NCBI GenBank assembly: GCA_036867785.1
Contig: CP145416.1
Location: 744,001-808,000, forward strand
Origin: Plasmodiophora brassicae
Taxonomy: Eukaryota
Reading direction: 5' to 3'
DNA length: 64,000 nucleotides
The position numbers and the translations under genes were made by a program. Positions 1-12,540 of this stretch are shown here, piece after piece (the stretch's first letter is position 1; the number at the start of each line of letters is the position of its first letter). The notes under the pieces are model-generated. The model was given only the letters and a program-made list of their open reading frames with translations, was not told the DNA's origin and searched no databases.

Positions 1-59
1 CTCCGTTCAGCCGTCGCGTCGTCAGAGTTATTCCGTGGCCGGTCGCTGCAGTTTGGCCA

Positions 60-2264
60 ATGGCGTCGTCGGCGAAATCGCTGTCGCTGGCGGAGACCAA
101 TGCCATGCGGGCCCAGCTGGGCATGGAGCCGCTCAGCGGAGACCGCGACGATGCCGAGGCGCAGGAGCGTGAGGAGGTCGCCGCGGCGCGCGCGGTCGAC
201 GAGGAGCGCCGGCGGAAAGCCGACCTGGATGAGGCGGCCGCGAAAATCCTGGCCCATAAGGAGGAGCGACTGTATAATGCGTCGATCCAAGGGGCGTCTA
301 TCGCCGACGAGTATGATGCATCGGTATCTGCTGCTGACTGGGTCAAGAACATTAAGGCCAAGGTACAGGGACGACATTGTCAAACAGAGCGCCGTCGAAA
401 CGTCATCTAATCGTAATCTCTTAGGGTACACCCGCTGTGCGTGCATCCGCTGCTCCAAAGCGTTCGCGGCCAGTTTCAACGGGACCGCCTGCAGAACTTC
501 GTGTCAGGCATGACGCCGATGAGTTCGCTGAAGGCGAGACGGTTGTGCTCACCTTGAAAGATCGACGTATCGGCGAAGGTGACGACGACGCCGAAGACGA
601 ACTGGAGAACCTTGATCTTGTCGCGTCCAAAGCCGTCGAAAGGAATAAGGCGAGGAAGGCGAAGAAGCCCAGAGTGGGTGATGAGGACGATATCGACGCA
701 TCACGTGGGGTCCTTCAGAAATACGACGAAGTCAAGGACGAGCTTGATGCTAAACGTGGGGGCATTCGAATTACGGCAGCGACCAATGTCGTTGCCGATC
801 GCGATCGGGCAATACGTGCGAAACTGGACAACAGCAAGCCCGCCGCGAAAGTGGCATACGATGCGAATGTGCCTGCAGCGGCGCCCTCATCGGATTACTA
901 CTCCAAGGACGAGGTGGTTGCATTCAAGAAGCCGTCGAAGAAGAAGAAAGCGGCGAAGTCGTCCGCCCGTGCCAAACTGGTTCTCGATGATGAGCCAGTG
1001 CTGGGTCCTAGTGCTGATCACGGCAGCCGTGGGGCGGTGCGAACAACCGTACTAGCCCGGATAGACGCTGCCAACGCCGAACTTGCTGCACGAAGAGAAC
1101 GGTTCCAGGCTGCCATGCAAAAGTCGGATGCCCGCTCCCATCAACTAGTCGACGGCCTTGTGTTCGAACAAGATCTCGACGACCCTGAGTTACAGATATC
1201 GCTTGCGAAGGCCCGGCGCGTTGCGCAACGCAAGAACGATGAGCAGGCAGAAGAACAGCTTCCGGCTAGGAGATCCCAGCCAACTGCGAAAATCTCAGCC
1301 GCATCCAACCCAGCCGACATTGAAACTGTGGCGTTCTCTGCAACATCTGAATTCATGACGAACCTTCGCGTATCCACCGAAGAACTGAAGGAACGGCATC
1401 GGCCTGTAAGGAAGGAGGTACAGGTTGAAAATGGGATGCATCCAGAGGAACACGCCCCGAAAGAGGCTGTTGCAATGGTATGTCGTTTTCGACAGCGTCT
1501 ACCTTTTCATGGTGTTAACCGAGGATATCGGCAGGACGTCGGCGGTCACGACGAAGAAGACATGGATGTCGACGGTCCTCAGCCAAAAGCGCCATCACAA
1601 GAAACGGCTGGGTCGGACGAGGAAGAGGACACGGAAGAAGAAATCGACCATGATGTGCGTCTGCATTGTCGAACCAGTTTGTCTGGCACTAACCTTGTGG
1701 TGTAGGAAATTAAATTCATGGACGATGTCGCGCATGCTTCGCGAGGTGTATCTGACGCCCTCCGTCTAATCAGGAGTCGCGGTCTGACGCGGGAAACGAA
1801 ACCCATTCTCATTGCTGGCCGATCGCATGATGCCAGACGTGAGGAATACAAGGTGATGCTCTTCTGTCTCTTTACATTATCTTTGTCTGACGGCTGTTGT
1901 TCAGGACCCGGCACCACACATCCGCCTCGACCGCGTAGACGAGTTCGGAAGGCCTATGACCGCCAAGGAAGCCTTCCGGGAATTGTCCTACGTATTCCAC
2001 GGCCATGCGCCAGGTGCGAAGAAGCGCGAGAAGCTGCTCAAGGAGATGCAACAGCAGATCAAAGCCCAGCACGCTGTCAGCGGAGACGCCATCAGCAGCT
2101 CGGAGCGTCTCAGAGATGCCACTTCAAAGGTCGGACGACATTACGCTGTCATGGACTCCAAGAGCGGCGCGTTTGGTGCCGTGGCAACTGAGAAGCTGTC
2201 GATCGATACCGATGCCTCGAAGGAAGTCAAGCAGGAGCCCGACTCCAGTGTCCACCGGGTTTGA
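60..2264 (+). CDS. SART1: U4/U6.U5 tri-snRNP protein SART1/Snu66 homolog (multi-exon)
   Basis: N-terminal HIND motif SLSLAETNAMRAQLGMEPL, then 'LRVRHDADEFAEGETVVLTLKDRRI', and C-terminal 'DEFGRPMTAKEAFRELSYVFHGHAPGAKKREK'. The ORF pieces are joined by short GT-AG introns (e.g. 363-424). Confidence 0.9.
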
Positions 2265-2336
2265 ATAATAATAATGACGTCCAGTATTCCTCGCAACATT
2301 TTACTGTCTGGCAGGATCCCAAGCGCGTTACATTCA

Positions 2337-5300
2337 TTAGACGGCTGTTCTGGTGTGTCCCGCTTTTGAAGGCGCCAGGTGCAGCAGGTCGTTGCATTCG
2401 GCGCACAGCGCCTGACTGCACTCGGCACAGCTTATCTGGACGGGTCGCTCCTCGCAGAACTGGCACGATTTGACTGCATCGGAAGGCGCTGGCGGTGAAG
2501 GTGATGGTGCATCGGCAGGGCCAACTGGCAGTCGAGCATGGCTTGCCTTCGATGGCGCCATGTGCAGAAAATCGAAACAATCCATGCATAATGACGATAA
2601 CATGCACTCCTGGCAGCGCACAGCTCCCGGCCTCTCTTCACATTGCTGGCAGCCGGGGCCAGCGCCAGGTGCCGAGGTACCGCTCGTAATGACATATCGC
2701 TCACCGACACGAGTGTGAGACGCCTTCGATGGGGCCATATGCAGGAAATCCCAACAGCCATTGCAAAGCGAGACGTTGCACTGCTGACAACGGCCGGTGC
2801 TTGGTTGCTCTTCGCATTGCTGGCACATGGATGCCTGTGCTCCAGGCACCTGCGTTTGCAACGGGAGAGCAGGATCCTTAACGTCCGCCTTAGGTGCCGC
2901 TGGAACCTGCAACGGGGCTCGTTTGTGGGATGCCTTGCTGGGCGCCAGGTGCAGGAGGTCTTCGCACGATACGCACAGCTCAAGTGCGCAATCGTTGCAT
3001 TTGAAGAAGGCCTTCTCGCTCTCACAGTGCCGGCAGGTGCCCTCACCGATGCTGGCACCGAGTGCCACCAGCGTCGTTTGCTTCAGAGCGGTCTGCTTTT
3101 CGCGGAACCCGAACACGCGGAACATGATCGCTTCGTTCTCGAAGTACCTGCAGGTTTCCTCGGTGACGACAGCGGGTGGGATATCGGCCTCGTACGCGAA
3201 TTCCGGCTGTGTCGTCTGTTCTTCCATCGGCCCACAGGTGTACTCGACCCCCATGAACGTAAACGTCACCGACACATCGTGAGAGAATATCAACGGCAGC
3301 CCGCTTGCCCGAACAATGCGAATCTATGCATTCATCAATGACGAATTACCGGCATCGCCGACGACATGGCATACCGTCCAACCAACGGTCATGCCTTTCA
3401 GCTCAGATGCTCCGCCCTGCAGGTAGTCGAGGTCTTCACCGTTGGGACCCTGGGGGAGAATCTCGACCCGCAGCTCACCGTCGGTGTCGCCCTTATAATT
3501 CACGATAGTGAACTCGTTCTCGATTTCGACCAGGTGCGACAGGGCCTGATGGGAACGGACCGGTTAGCGCGCAGCCAACTATCGGGCGTCGAACACGCCG
3601 TACCTTCAGGTACACATACGCTTTGCCGATTTCGAACGGCTCGGGCGGATCGTAGAACGGATCGTCAGCGTTGTTGCGTTCTTCTCGACTAACGTACAGG
3701 TCTCGCATCATGAACAATCTGAACAACGTATGACATTACAGTCGGGCACGGCAAGCACGTCATGAATGCCCTGAAACCTGTTTTCGAATTTCTCGGCGGA
3801 CCACGTCCAAACGTTCTGGCTGACCGTGTTGGTGACCCTAACGACCACCTTGATTGTTTTCAGGTGGCGCAACTCGTCGAGTACGTCGACGACGTTGGGC
3901 GATTCAATTGTCAGTTTCGCCTCGAATTTGATATTCTTCTTGAGAACCTCTGATATCGAATTCGCTTCGTTAACCAGAGGTACTAGACGTCCAAGCTCCT
4001 GCGGAACCGTTCAGTGGCACAGCAACCGTTGGCACATTTGCCTATCGAGACCTGCTCGATCTTCTTCGTTTGCCGTTTCCGCTTCATCTGATCCTGAACG
4101 ATTTTCTTCGTCAATTCGCGCTGCGCCATTAACGACTCTTGCATTTCTTTCTCCTTGGCTTTCATCGCTTCTTCGCCCTCCTTCATCAACGTATCGATAT
4201 CCTCAGGGTCGCCACCGTTCTCAATGAACAATCGCCGCTGCTCTTCAAGGCGACGCGCGGCTTCGATACGCTCCTTTTCCATCTTCGCCTCCATCTCGGC
4301 AATCTTCTCCTGAAGCATCTTCTTTTCTTCCTGCTCCAGCTGCGACACTTCCTTGTCCATGTTCTGCTGTGTCCTGAACCCTTGCTTGATCGACAGCTCC
4401 TCCATAGCCTTGCTCCAGTCTTTCCATTCGGCGGAGTCGTCCACTGATCCAGGTGGCATGAACCTAATGGATTACGGTATTCAGGCACAGCTCAACCCCC
4501 CGGCATTCGGGTGCAGAACCTGAAGACGAAGTTGTTTCCAAGGATGACTGCATCGCCAGGAGAGAGCTCTGTGCTTTGACCAGCGGCCACAAGGTCGCCG
4601 TTAACAAAAATCTTCGCCTGGGCCCCTTCGACGGGCCGGATAGTGACCTTCCCGTCCACATTCTCGACAACAGCATGCTCCTTCTTAATGTTCAGCCCGC
4701 TCAGCATAACGTCTTGTTTCGTTTCGGCGTTCGGACGTCCAATCTTGGTGATGCCGGCTTTGAACGGATAGACGACGCATTCGGACAGCATGGGGTCTTC
4801 GTGCAGGTTCACGAGATGTGGAAGGCGGCTGGCTTCTGCGCTGTGGACGCTGACAGATCCATCACTGGGCCCGGCTTGCTGTGCTGCTGCTAGAGCGGCT
4901 TCCCGTGCCTGCATGCGAGCGTTCAGTTCAGTCGTCCGGCCGTTCAGGTTTGCAACTGCACCTCTTTCAGCTTCTGTTCCCACGATTTGGCCATTTCTTG
5001 CATTAGCCCTGCAACGTTTTGAGTGAAGCACCGATACGACGTCATGCCATCTCCTGCTCACTGTCGTTCTCCTCGATGGTTTTCTGCAGTTCAGCGATAT
5101 GGGAGGCGCTTTGACCGTCAGCGGCAGGGGCTTCTGAAAGAAACCCACGGTCATTGAGATCATGATGTGAAGGTACAGCTGGATGTCCACCAGACCTCCT
5201 GGCACGCCACCATCAATACCCTTGCTCTCGAGAAGTTTCAGCAACCGCGCATTCTCCTCTTTCAGTTTCCTGAAGACCGGCTTTGTAAAATGCACATTAT

Positions 5301-6890
5301 CACAGCACTTCTGTCAAACCGGATCATCGTATCAGCGGGATTTTCGTTGATAACTGCCTTGTTCTGTGTTTCATGCGATCAGACAATGCCACGAACACAG
5401 AGTCGGCAGACGGCAATGTCACCTGAATCTTCTTGGCACGATCGGCATACTGTTGAAGCCAGTTAGCAAATGCTAGCTCGAGGACATATCAGAACCAACT
5501 TTTAGAGTGCTAAGCGTTTCGTCATAGTTCACGTCTGCTGGAGACAAAGCCGCAATCATGACAGTCTGTAGACCATTAGCATCAAATCGACAAGCACCAA
5601 ATCATCGCCAACGAACTTTAGAGTTTCCACCAAGCGCGTCCTGTCAGCTGACACTGTTAGGTGTGCAATCAAGCATGCGTATGGCAAGGAGCGCGTTTGC
5701 ACCTGGAGCAGCCGAGTTAACTTCGACGATCGATATGGGACGAAGACGCCCTTCTTGCCGCCCGCCATGTCAGCAAGCGAAGAAATGACGTTACCGAGCG
5801 CCGACAACGACTGGTTAATGGCACAGCCTTCTTTGAGCCGGTCACCGGTCGCTCCTGTCGAATCGGCTCGCTCGGAACCGGCCAGGTCGACCAGGTTCAC
5901 TGAAATAGGTGCTCAGTTTATGGCTGAAGGAACCTGTCGGATTGGCAAACCCCACCACTGACCATTGGACTCCTTGACAGATTTCACCTTTGGATTGTTT
6001 GGATCACTGGACACTTGCCGGAAGACAATCGTGAACACGGTATGAGCACGTGAGCTGGTTGCGTTCATGTTTGTGGAAGCGACCGTCCGGTTCTTTGTCC
6101 CTTCCTCCATTTTCGCATCGATTTCCTTGTAACTGGTCACCGGTTTCTTGATCAGCCTAGAAACGCCAAGCCTCTACATGATTCACGAGCGAGACTCCTG
6201 AATGCTTTGTTACCCGTCAACGTAGACGCCGACACCAGGTTTCTCCCGGATCTTCAGCCCCCCTGCCGGGTTCTTCCCCGGATTGAACAGATCTTGAATG
6301 GCTTCGTTATAGATTTCAAGCATGGACACTTGCACTTCATACGACATATTCGCGTCCGTGTTCATTTCGATACGCTTGAACCTACCAGGTCATCAGTTCA
6401 CTCAGTCGCACCACCATTCAGCAGCACCAGCCTACAGTTCGTCGCAGGTAATTGGGATGATTCCTTTGTTAGGTCCATAGCCAACCATACTGGATGAAAC
6501 ACAGGTTAGTAGTTGCCGACATTATGGTCCAGGCGAGTGAAACCTATAGCTTTTCCCAGCACCGGTCTGCCCATACGCAAACAGGGAGCAGTTGAATCCC
6601 TGGAACGCGTTATTGAGAACGCTAACGCCGATATCGTTGAAAACTCTGCGTTGGTCGGCGTATTTGTCGTTGTTTGGTTTTGAAACCGCCAACCCGCTCG
6701 GATCAACGTCGAACCCATCATGGGACCAGTAGGAGAAGTCGAATGCGAAGTTGGAGACTTTACCCGTCTCAGGATCTTTTATCGACGTCTGTGGCCCGTT
6801 CATGTCAATGATCAATGTCGCCTTCATGGAGACCTCTCGGGCATTAAACGGTCTGCATCGGACGGCCACAACGACCCCAGATGTCGCCAT
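2337..6890 (-). CDS. Kinesin-3 (KIF28/KIF13/KIF1-like) with motor, FHA, coiled coil, C2-like region and four C-terminal B-box-like Zn fingers (multi-exon)
   Basis: Motor motifs [50 protein letters not shown] and [12 protein letters not shown] region [18 protein letters not shown]...[10 protein letters not shown]. Also DDPFYDPP and four CxxC..CxxC..CxxC..H..H units. Confidence 0.93.
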
Positions 6891-7116
6891 CAACCCAAAC
6901 TAATTCACGTACGGGCGCTTCACTGGCGATGATGAAGTGCTAACCCGAGCAGTTAACTCGGCAGGGTCAGGCAGTCACATGCTCCTCAGTCCTGCCAGAG
7001 ATGACCATGTAGGGCTATACACTAACAACAAACACTGTGGTTGTCTTCTGGCACAGATCAAACAGTTTCCCAAGGACAGAATTGACGCGCTGAAGCTGCG
7101 ATCACACACCGACGGT

Positions 7117-7830
7117 TTACGGGAGCCGTTCGAAGGGTGCTGTATCTGCAAAGCAAGTATCCCATACAGAATCGACAGCGGTGGCGGCCTGTTCGTCGTT
7201 CTGGCAGTTCGGGTTCATCCGAACCGACAAGATCGCTCGACGACGGACGCAGGCCTGGTGTTGCTTCATGACCTTGTAGTGACCTCGCATGATCTCGTTC
7301 ATGAAGCGACAGTCGCCGCTTAGGCTTGCGGCCCGGATCTGTTGGCAATCAGAACTATCGACAAAGGGATGCTAGTCGATCCCAGACCTCCGTGCAAGCG
7401 TGGTGTTGCAAGTTACCAGGATCGTGGTGCGCTCTGCAATTGTCGAACGCGTGTATGAGCTCATGGGCGGCCACTGTAGCCGTCTGGCTCTCCGAAGTCA
7501 GACGGTTCTCACAAAGAATGACCTATGGTTGACATTCGCAAACCGTGGATCGCATCCGGACGTCTCCTACTTTACCGAGCTGTTCCCATCGTCATCGTAG
7601 TACAACCCACCACCAACCAGCCTATCGCACGGCTGACACTTGAAATACGACGCGTCAATACGACACCCGGCCGTCGCCATGGCCGCCACCATGAAGCGGA
7701 CGTACGCGTCTATCGCGATGTCAATCGACGCGGTCACCATCAGACCCAAGCACGCACCTTTCATCGCCGAGTTCTTCCATTCCTCGCACGTGTCGTGCCG
7801 TCGCTTGTCGTCGTCGCTACCGGCGCCCAT
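7117..7830 (-). CDS. ATP23: Mitochondrial inner membrane protease ATP23 (peptidase M76)
   Basis: HEXXH motif AHELIHAFD read on the minus strand near 7443-7470. C-terminal CVRRRAILSVRMNPNC...AVDSVWDTCFADTAPF and N-terminal CEEWK...VRFMVAAM..GC. Confidence 0.88.
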
Positions 7831-7945
7831 CACGATACGAAACGTGCAGCAGCCAATACGATTTGACGAGCGACAAGGCGTGCGCAGGACGCTTCTTTTT
7901 GGTGAGCACGCACCGCCACCGCGCACGTCTGACATCCTCACACGA

Positions 7946-8709
7946 TTACTGTATTTTCGACGGGTCGGTGTCGCCGTCCGATGCGTTATTTCGAGTTCGC
8001 AGGGCGCTGAGAAGTTTCCGCCGATGGGTAACGTCCATGCCAAGGTCAGTTAGGCGATCATCGGTGAGGCCGGCGAGGGAATCGATGGATGCGTTCTGCA
8101 TTGGGGCCCACCATCGATCCATGCCGACCGCAGATAGGAGTTCCTGTAGTTCGGAGGCCGGCGCGTCGCCCGTGATCGCCAGCGATGCAAGCGCTTCAGA
8201 TAGGGTTGATTCTTCGGTCGTGGCCTCTGTGTCAGCGTTAGTCGTAGACACCCTCTTGGCCACGATGCGTTCCTTTCTTGATCGCGTTTCCTAGAAGGAG
8301 CGGTCGTCAGCGCAGCGCACAGGTACAGTAGCAATCAGGAACGACCGTGACAGGTGTGGTCTCGTTCCTCACCCCAGACCCTCGAGGTCGGCGAGGGGTT
8401 CGCGTAATCCGGTCAGTTCGTGTACTTCGTTCTACTTTGCACTCCTCGGTATCCTTCGCGGCTTCCTTCGTTGGCGTTTCTGTTTGTGCGGCGCAACGGC
8501 GTGCTTCCTAACACCTCCATTCAGGCGCGCGCGCATAAGAGGCTGACCACCTGATCTCCAACCAGGACGATCCTCGGCCGATATGGCGTTACGTCCGCAT
8601 CGTTCAAGTATCCAGCGCGTATGCGTCGGGCCGGGCGAATCGACCCATCCGGGCGGCGCGACTCGGGAACAACGCGTTCCTGCTGGAACTTCGGATCCGA
8701 CGTCTTCAT
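7946..8709 (-). CDS. PYM/WIBG (Mago-Y14-binding) domain protein with C-terminal SAM domain (3-exon model)
   Basis: Exon 1 VPESRRPDGSIRPARRIRAGY matches the PYM N-terminal motif. The last exon LQELLSAVGMDRWW...IDSLAGLTDDRLTDLGMDVTHRRKLLSAL has a SAM pattern. Two phase-0 GT-AG introns (8550-8508, and one ending at 8291) join them in frame. Confidence 0.72.
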
Positions 8710-8812
8710 CCTCACGCAGTCCGCTCGCGGGCACAAGAATAGGTAGGTGGACTGGAGTCTGAACCTGGTTTGGTTGCATGTGCTTCCAGTTCTGGTTGTG
8801 TATGTAACACGT

Positions 8813-10613
8813 TCAAGGATCCCGTTTGTCAGTTGTGGTGGACAGGCGCAGGACCCGGCAGCATACGATTACAGCGGCTAGAAGGTAGAGGAGACTGCCG
8901 AACACGATAAATTTCTGGTTGATGGTGAGCCCGAACGTGGATGTCAGCGCTTGGATGGTCGATTGCACGCCGAGAGAGACAACGGTATTGTAGAACAGGA
9001 CCAAGCCCCGAATTGACTCGGGAATCTCGACGGCAATGATGCTGTTCAATGAGGATATAAGACACACGCTGGAATTGGCAGAGATGCAGCACGTACCTGT
9101 AGGCGGCTACTGTTTCAACCTCAAAGACAAATGCGACCAGTACAATCATGGCATAGCATACTAAAACATTCGGAGCGACCGCTGCTACTGCGAGGAAGCT
9201 TCCTGAGACAAGCAGACCTGTATACATGGACAACCCCTCTCAATGAGTCCAACCTGGAATCAATATGCTTACGTGCATACCTGTTAAGACAACCGTCATG
9301 TTATTCTTGCGAATAAAATTGGAACGTCCAGCAACAAGCGCTCCGAGAACAGCGAAGACCCCAATCAGGGCAGAAACGTAACCATTGTGGGTCGCCTTGT
9401 CATCGCCGAACGTCGAAAACAATGGAAACGACATGTCTCTGGAGAGTTCGATAATCGCATATGCAGTCCACCACCTGAACACGGGTATCACGATTTTGGT
9501 ATAGGGAAATAACGCCAATTTGCAATACCAGAAAGACCACAGTAGCACTTTCGGTGACGAGTATATCCCGCGCAGACGTGATAACGACAATTTCGATGGG
9601 GAGTTTGAAAGATGGCCCGTGGTGTTCTTTGGCTGCTGCCGGTTACCACCCACAGACATAACCAGGAAAAGCACAACCATGAGTACAGCTCCAACGAAGA
9701 CGGACACCTAACGACGATTTCGGATGATTGGCACTAGAATTATTATGTCGCAGCGTGTCCTATAGGAGCTTACCTGCGTAATCATGAAGACAGCGGTGAA
9801 TGGGTTCGCTGCGAAGTTGACGATGAGGTTGCTGACGATGCCTTCGGAGACCTGCCCGAACAGGTTGGCTGCTCGCTTCCAGCCAGTCGTGAACTGGTAG
9901 GCGGACGAAGGGACAATCAGGTAGAGGAATGCCCTAGATGGAACAGGGTTTAGCAGAGCGAATCGTACACCAGAGCCAACATCCTAACCCATGCACAGTT
10001 CTGGTTGTCGACGCCAGACCGCGCAATCCCTGCGATATGCATACTTCAACGAGGCCATTCCCGTAGAACAGCAGAACTTGTTCAAAGAGACGCGCGGTGA
10101 CACCGATGAAAAGTGCCCACTTGTACCCTGAGTTCTCGCATCAGAACCACCAGATTTTGCATACGATGCGGACGGTGACTGACCAATGACAAACTCTGCC
10201 AAGACGATCATCGGAACCATGAAGCCGAACGTGGAGTAGGCGCGGATCGGGAACACATAATGGTTTTGCTCCCTTAGACTGAGCTTCTTGATTTCGGTGA
10301 GGTAACGAGGGAGGAACGACCCGGACGGCTTGAAACTCTGCGCCAGGGTGCTCAGCATGAACAGGACGCATAGCAGCTTCCACCGCCGCCGTGGAATGTC
10401 TTCCGCACTGGTAGCCTCCTCTTGGAATGCGTCCGGTTCGTTCTGGCATTCATTGGCATCGATCGGGACTTCAGTCTGAACGGCATCCACCTCTGGCACA
10501 GGTTTCGTCACCATCGCTTCGTCAGAATCGTCGTTCTGGATTGGCGACCAGGGACCTGCGGCTCCAACCAGCCCGTTATTGTTGCTGCGGAGTACTACTG
10601 CGTGCGCGCGCAT
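8813..10613 (-). CDS. SLC19/reduced folate carrier family (thiamine/folate) transporter, multi-exon, start uncertain (10514 or 10613)
   Basis: FKPSGSFLPRYLTEIKKLS..EQNHYVFPIRAYSTF resembles the SLC19 N-terminal signature. Further support comes from many hydrophobic segments, 'LLWSFW', 'HNGYVSA' and the C-terminal 'GLVLFYNT...LTINQKFIVFG'. Confidence 0.75.
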
Positions 10614-11092
10614 GCTCTGCGCAGGGTTCTTTGCCGCGCGAAGGCGTCCTCTCCATTTGCGGACCGCGGTCCGCGGGCCTGCGGCAACCCTTTTGCTGGA
10701 ACGCTCCTCATGTTGCAGGTTAGTACACCTCATCATGACCGTCTTCTGCCGCGGTAGACCGGCTGGCAACGATGCGGAGTTTGTGCACAAGGTCCAGCGT
10801 TCGGGTACGGTGCTCCGCACACCGGCGCATATTCGCTTTTTCCGGGCCGCACTGGGGCAGAACCTTGCAAAGGCAGGCTTCGGCCAGTTGTGCTTTACTT
10901 TATTCCTGGCCAGCCCGGTTCACAGTCTCTGGGCGAAGATGCTCTTCAGCCAGTTTGCCTGCTTTACCTACTCCTCATCAGCCAGCCCAACCGGCTGCTT
11001 CGGCGACAATGAGCCGTGATAGCAGCTGACGGGTTGAAGCATCCGTGACGTTTGATGAATGTATTCCACTTGCACCATTATATGTCAGGTGG

Positions 11093-12348
11093 TCACCGCC
11101 GAGCAGGCCGATTGTTACTACGACCCCGTCCGCGACCACGACCTTGGTTGAAACGATTCCCGACGTCGGTCCACCCGTCGCTGCTGTCGTGGCTGGCATG
11201 ACGACCTCGATCGGCACCATTGTTGCCCCAACCAGACTCGCGCTGCAGTACAACAGTTAGAGTGTACCTCCCGATTCAAATATGACATACCGGTGCATTT
11301 GGCTGGTCGCGGTCGCGAACAGGGTTGTTGGTGGCCTGCACAGCTCCGCTGCCCCAAGCAGGGTGGCGCTGAGGCTGTTCAAGCATAAGCAATCAGAGAC
11401 GAGCATATTCAGTGAAATGACGCCCAGCACGGTGCGCACAGGTTTGGGCGGTGCAGAGGAAGCAGGTGGTTTGGGCGGTGCAGAAGAAGCAGGTTGATTG
11501 TTGACACGGTTAGCGCCCCCGCGACCAGACCCATTGCCCCGGCCACCCTAACAGCGCATAAGCAATAATCAGTTTAGGTACGCTGTGCTTACTACCTGGT
11601 TAGCCGGAGCTCCACGTCGAATCGGGCGGCCCCAATTGCCATCCTTCTCGGCGCTAACTGCAAATTCTGGTTCCGATGATGCTGGAGTAGTATCAGAGGC
11701 CACCGCCTCCTGAACCTCCTGATTGTCCCAGTAGCTGTTCCAGCGATCCGCCCACGAAGACGACCGCATGACGGGCGCTGCAGGTTCAGACGGTGTCGGC
11801 TGAGCGGTAGTACCCCAGTTGGCCTTCGGGTCCCTGGCACCGCATATCGCTGGATCTCGAGCAACGGTAAGACATGCGTCGTTGTACGACATCGTCGCAG
11901 TCGATTGTGGACGACGAGAACGTCCGCATTCGTGGGCACCGTGGTCAAACGAGCCACAGTCTAGGCATTCATGTTCGTCCTCACATTCGGCGCTGGTTAG
12001 CTCGCAGTCGCCGATCTGGAATTTCTGACACGATTTCCCGATCGGGCCCGTCAAATAGATCTCGCTGCCATGCGGGCGGACATTCCGGGTCGAGACCGGC
12101 GAAGGGACAGCTCGAACGCAATCGATCAGCTTAGAGTACCCGAGCTTGTCGACCTGTCGTCCGTAATACCGCTCGTACACCTCGGGCAGCTTGCAGATGT
12201 TCAGCCGGTGCTCCGGCTGCTGATCCAGCAGGCGTTGCAGCTGCCGCCCCAGCTGCCGCAGGCCGACCTCGATATGCGCCGGGACGATCTTCGCCGGCCT
12301 ACGGTTGACGCAGTAGTCGTCGTCATAGCTGTCGTCTGACGAGTACAT
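11093..12348 (-). CDS. LOTUS/OST-HTH + CCCH-like + CCHC zinc-knuckle protein with WG/GW- and RG-rich tail (4-exon model)
   Basis: LNICKLPEVYERYYGRQVDKLGYSKLIDCVRAVP fits LOTUS. Zn-finger-like CQKFQIGDC..C...H and CLDCGSFDHGAHEC follow. Phase-0 splicing gives GGRGNGSGRGG, PAWGSG and ESGWGNNG...GRGRGRGRS, with a stop at 11093-11095. Confidence 0.7.
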
Positions 12349-12540
12349 CGCGATTCGGCTCTGCCGCGCAGCTGCGTGCCGTTCACGGCGCGCGCAAAAA
12401 TCGATGACTCACGTTTATCCGATTCCGGACAAAGTGTACCTTGGTAGGTAGCAGCGGCTATCCGGCCCGCGCCCTGCACCGCTCCGACTGGGAATCGACC
12501 GTTTGCATATCGTGGAGATGTGTTTCGCTGCGCAGTGGCG

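Noticed and set aside
11440-11494. 27-bp tandem repeat
   Set aside because: It is explained as coding PASSAPPKP twice within the LOTUS gene.
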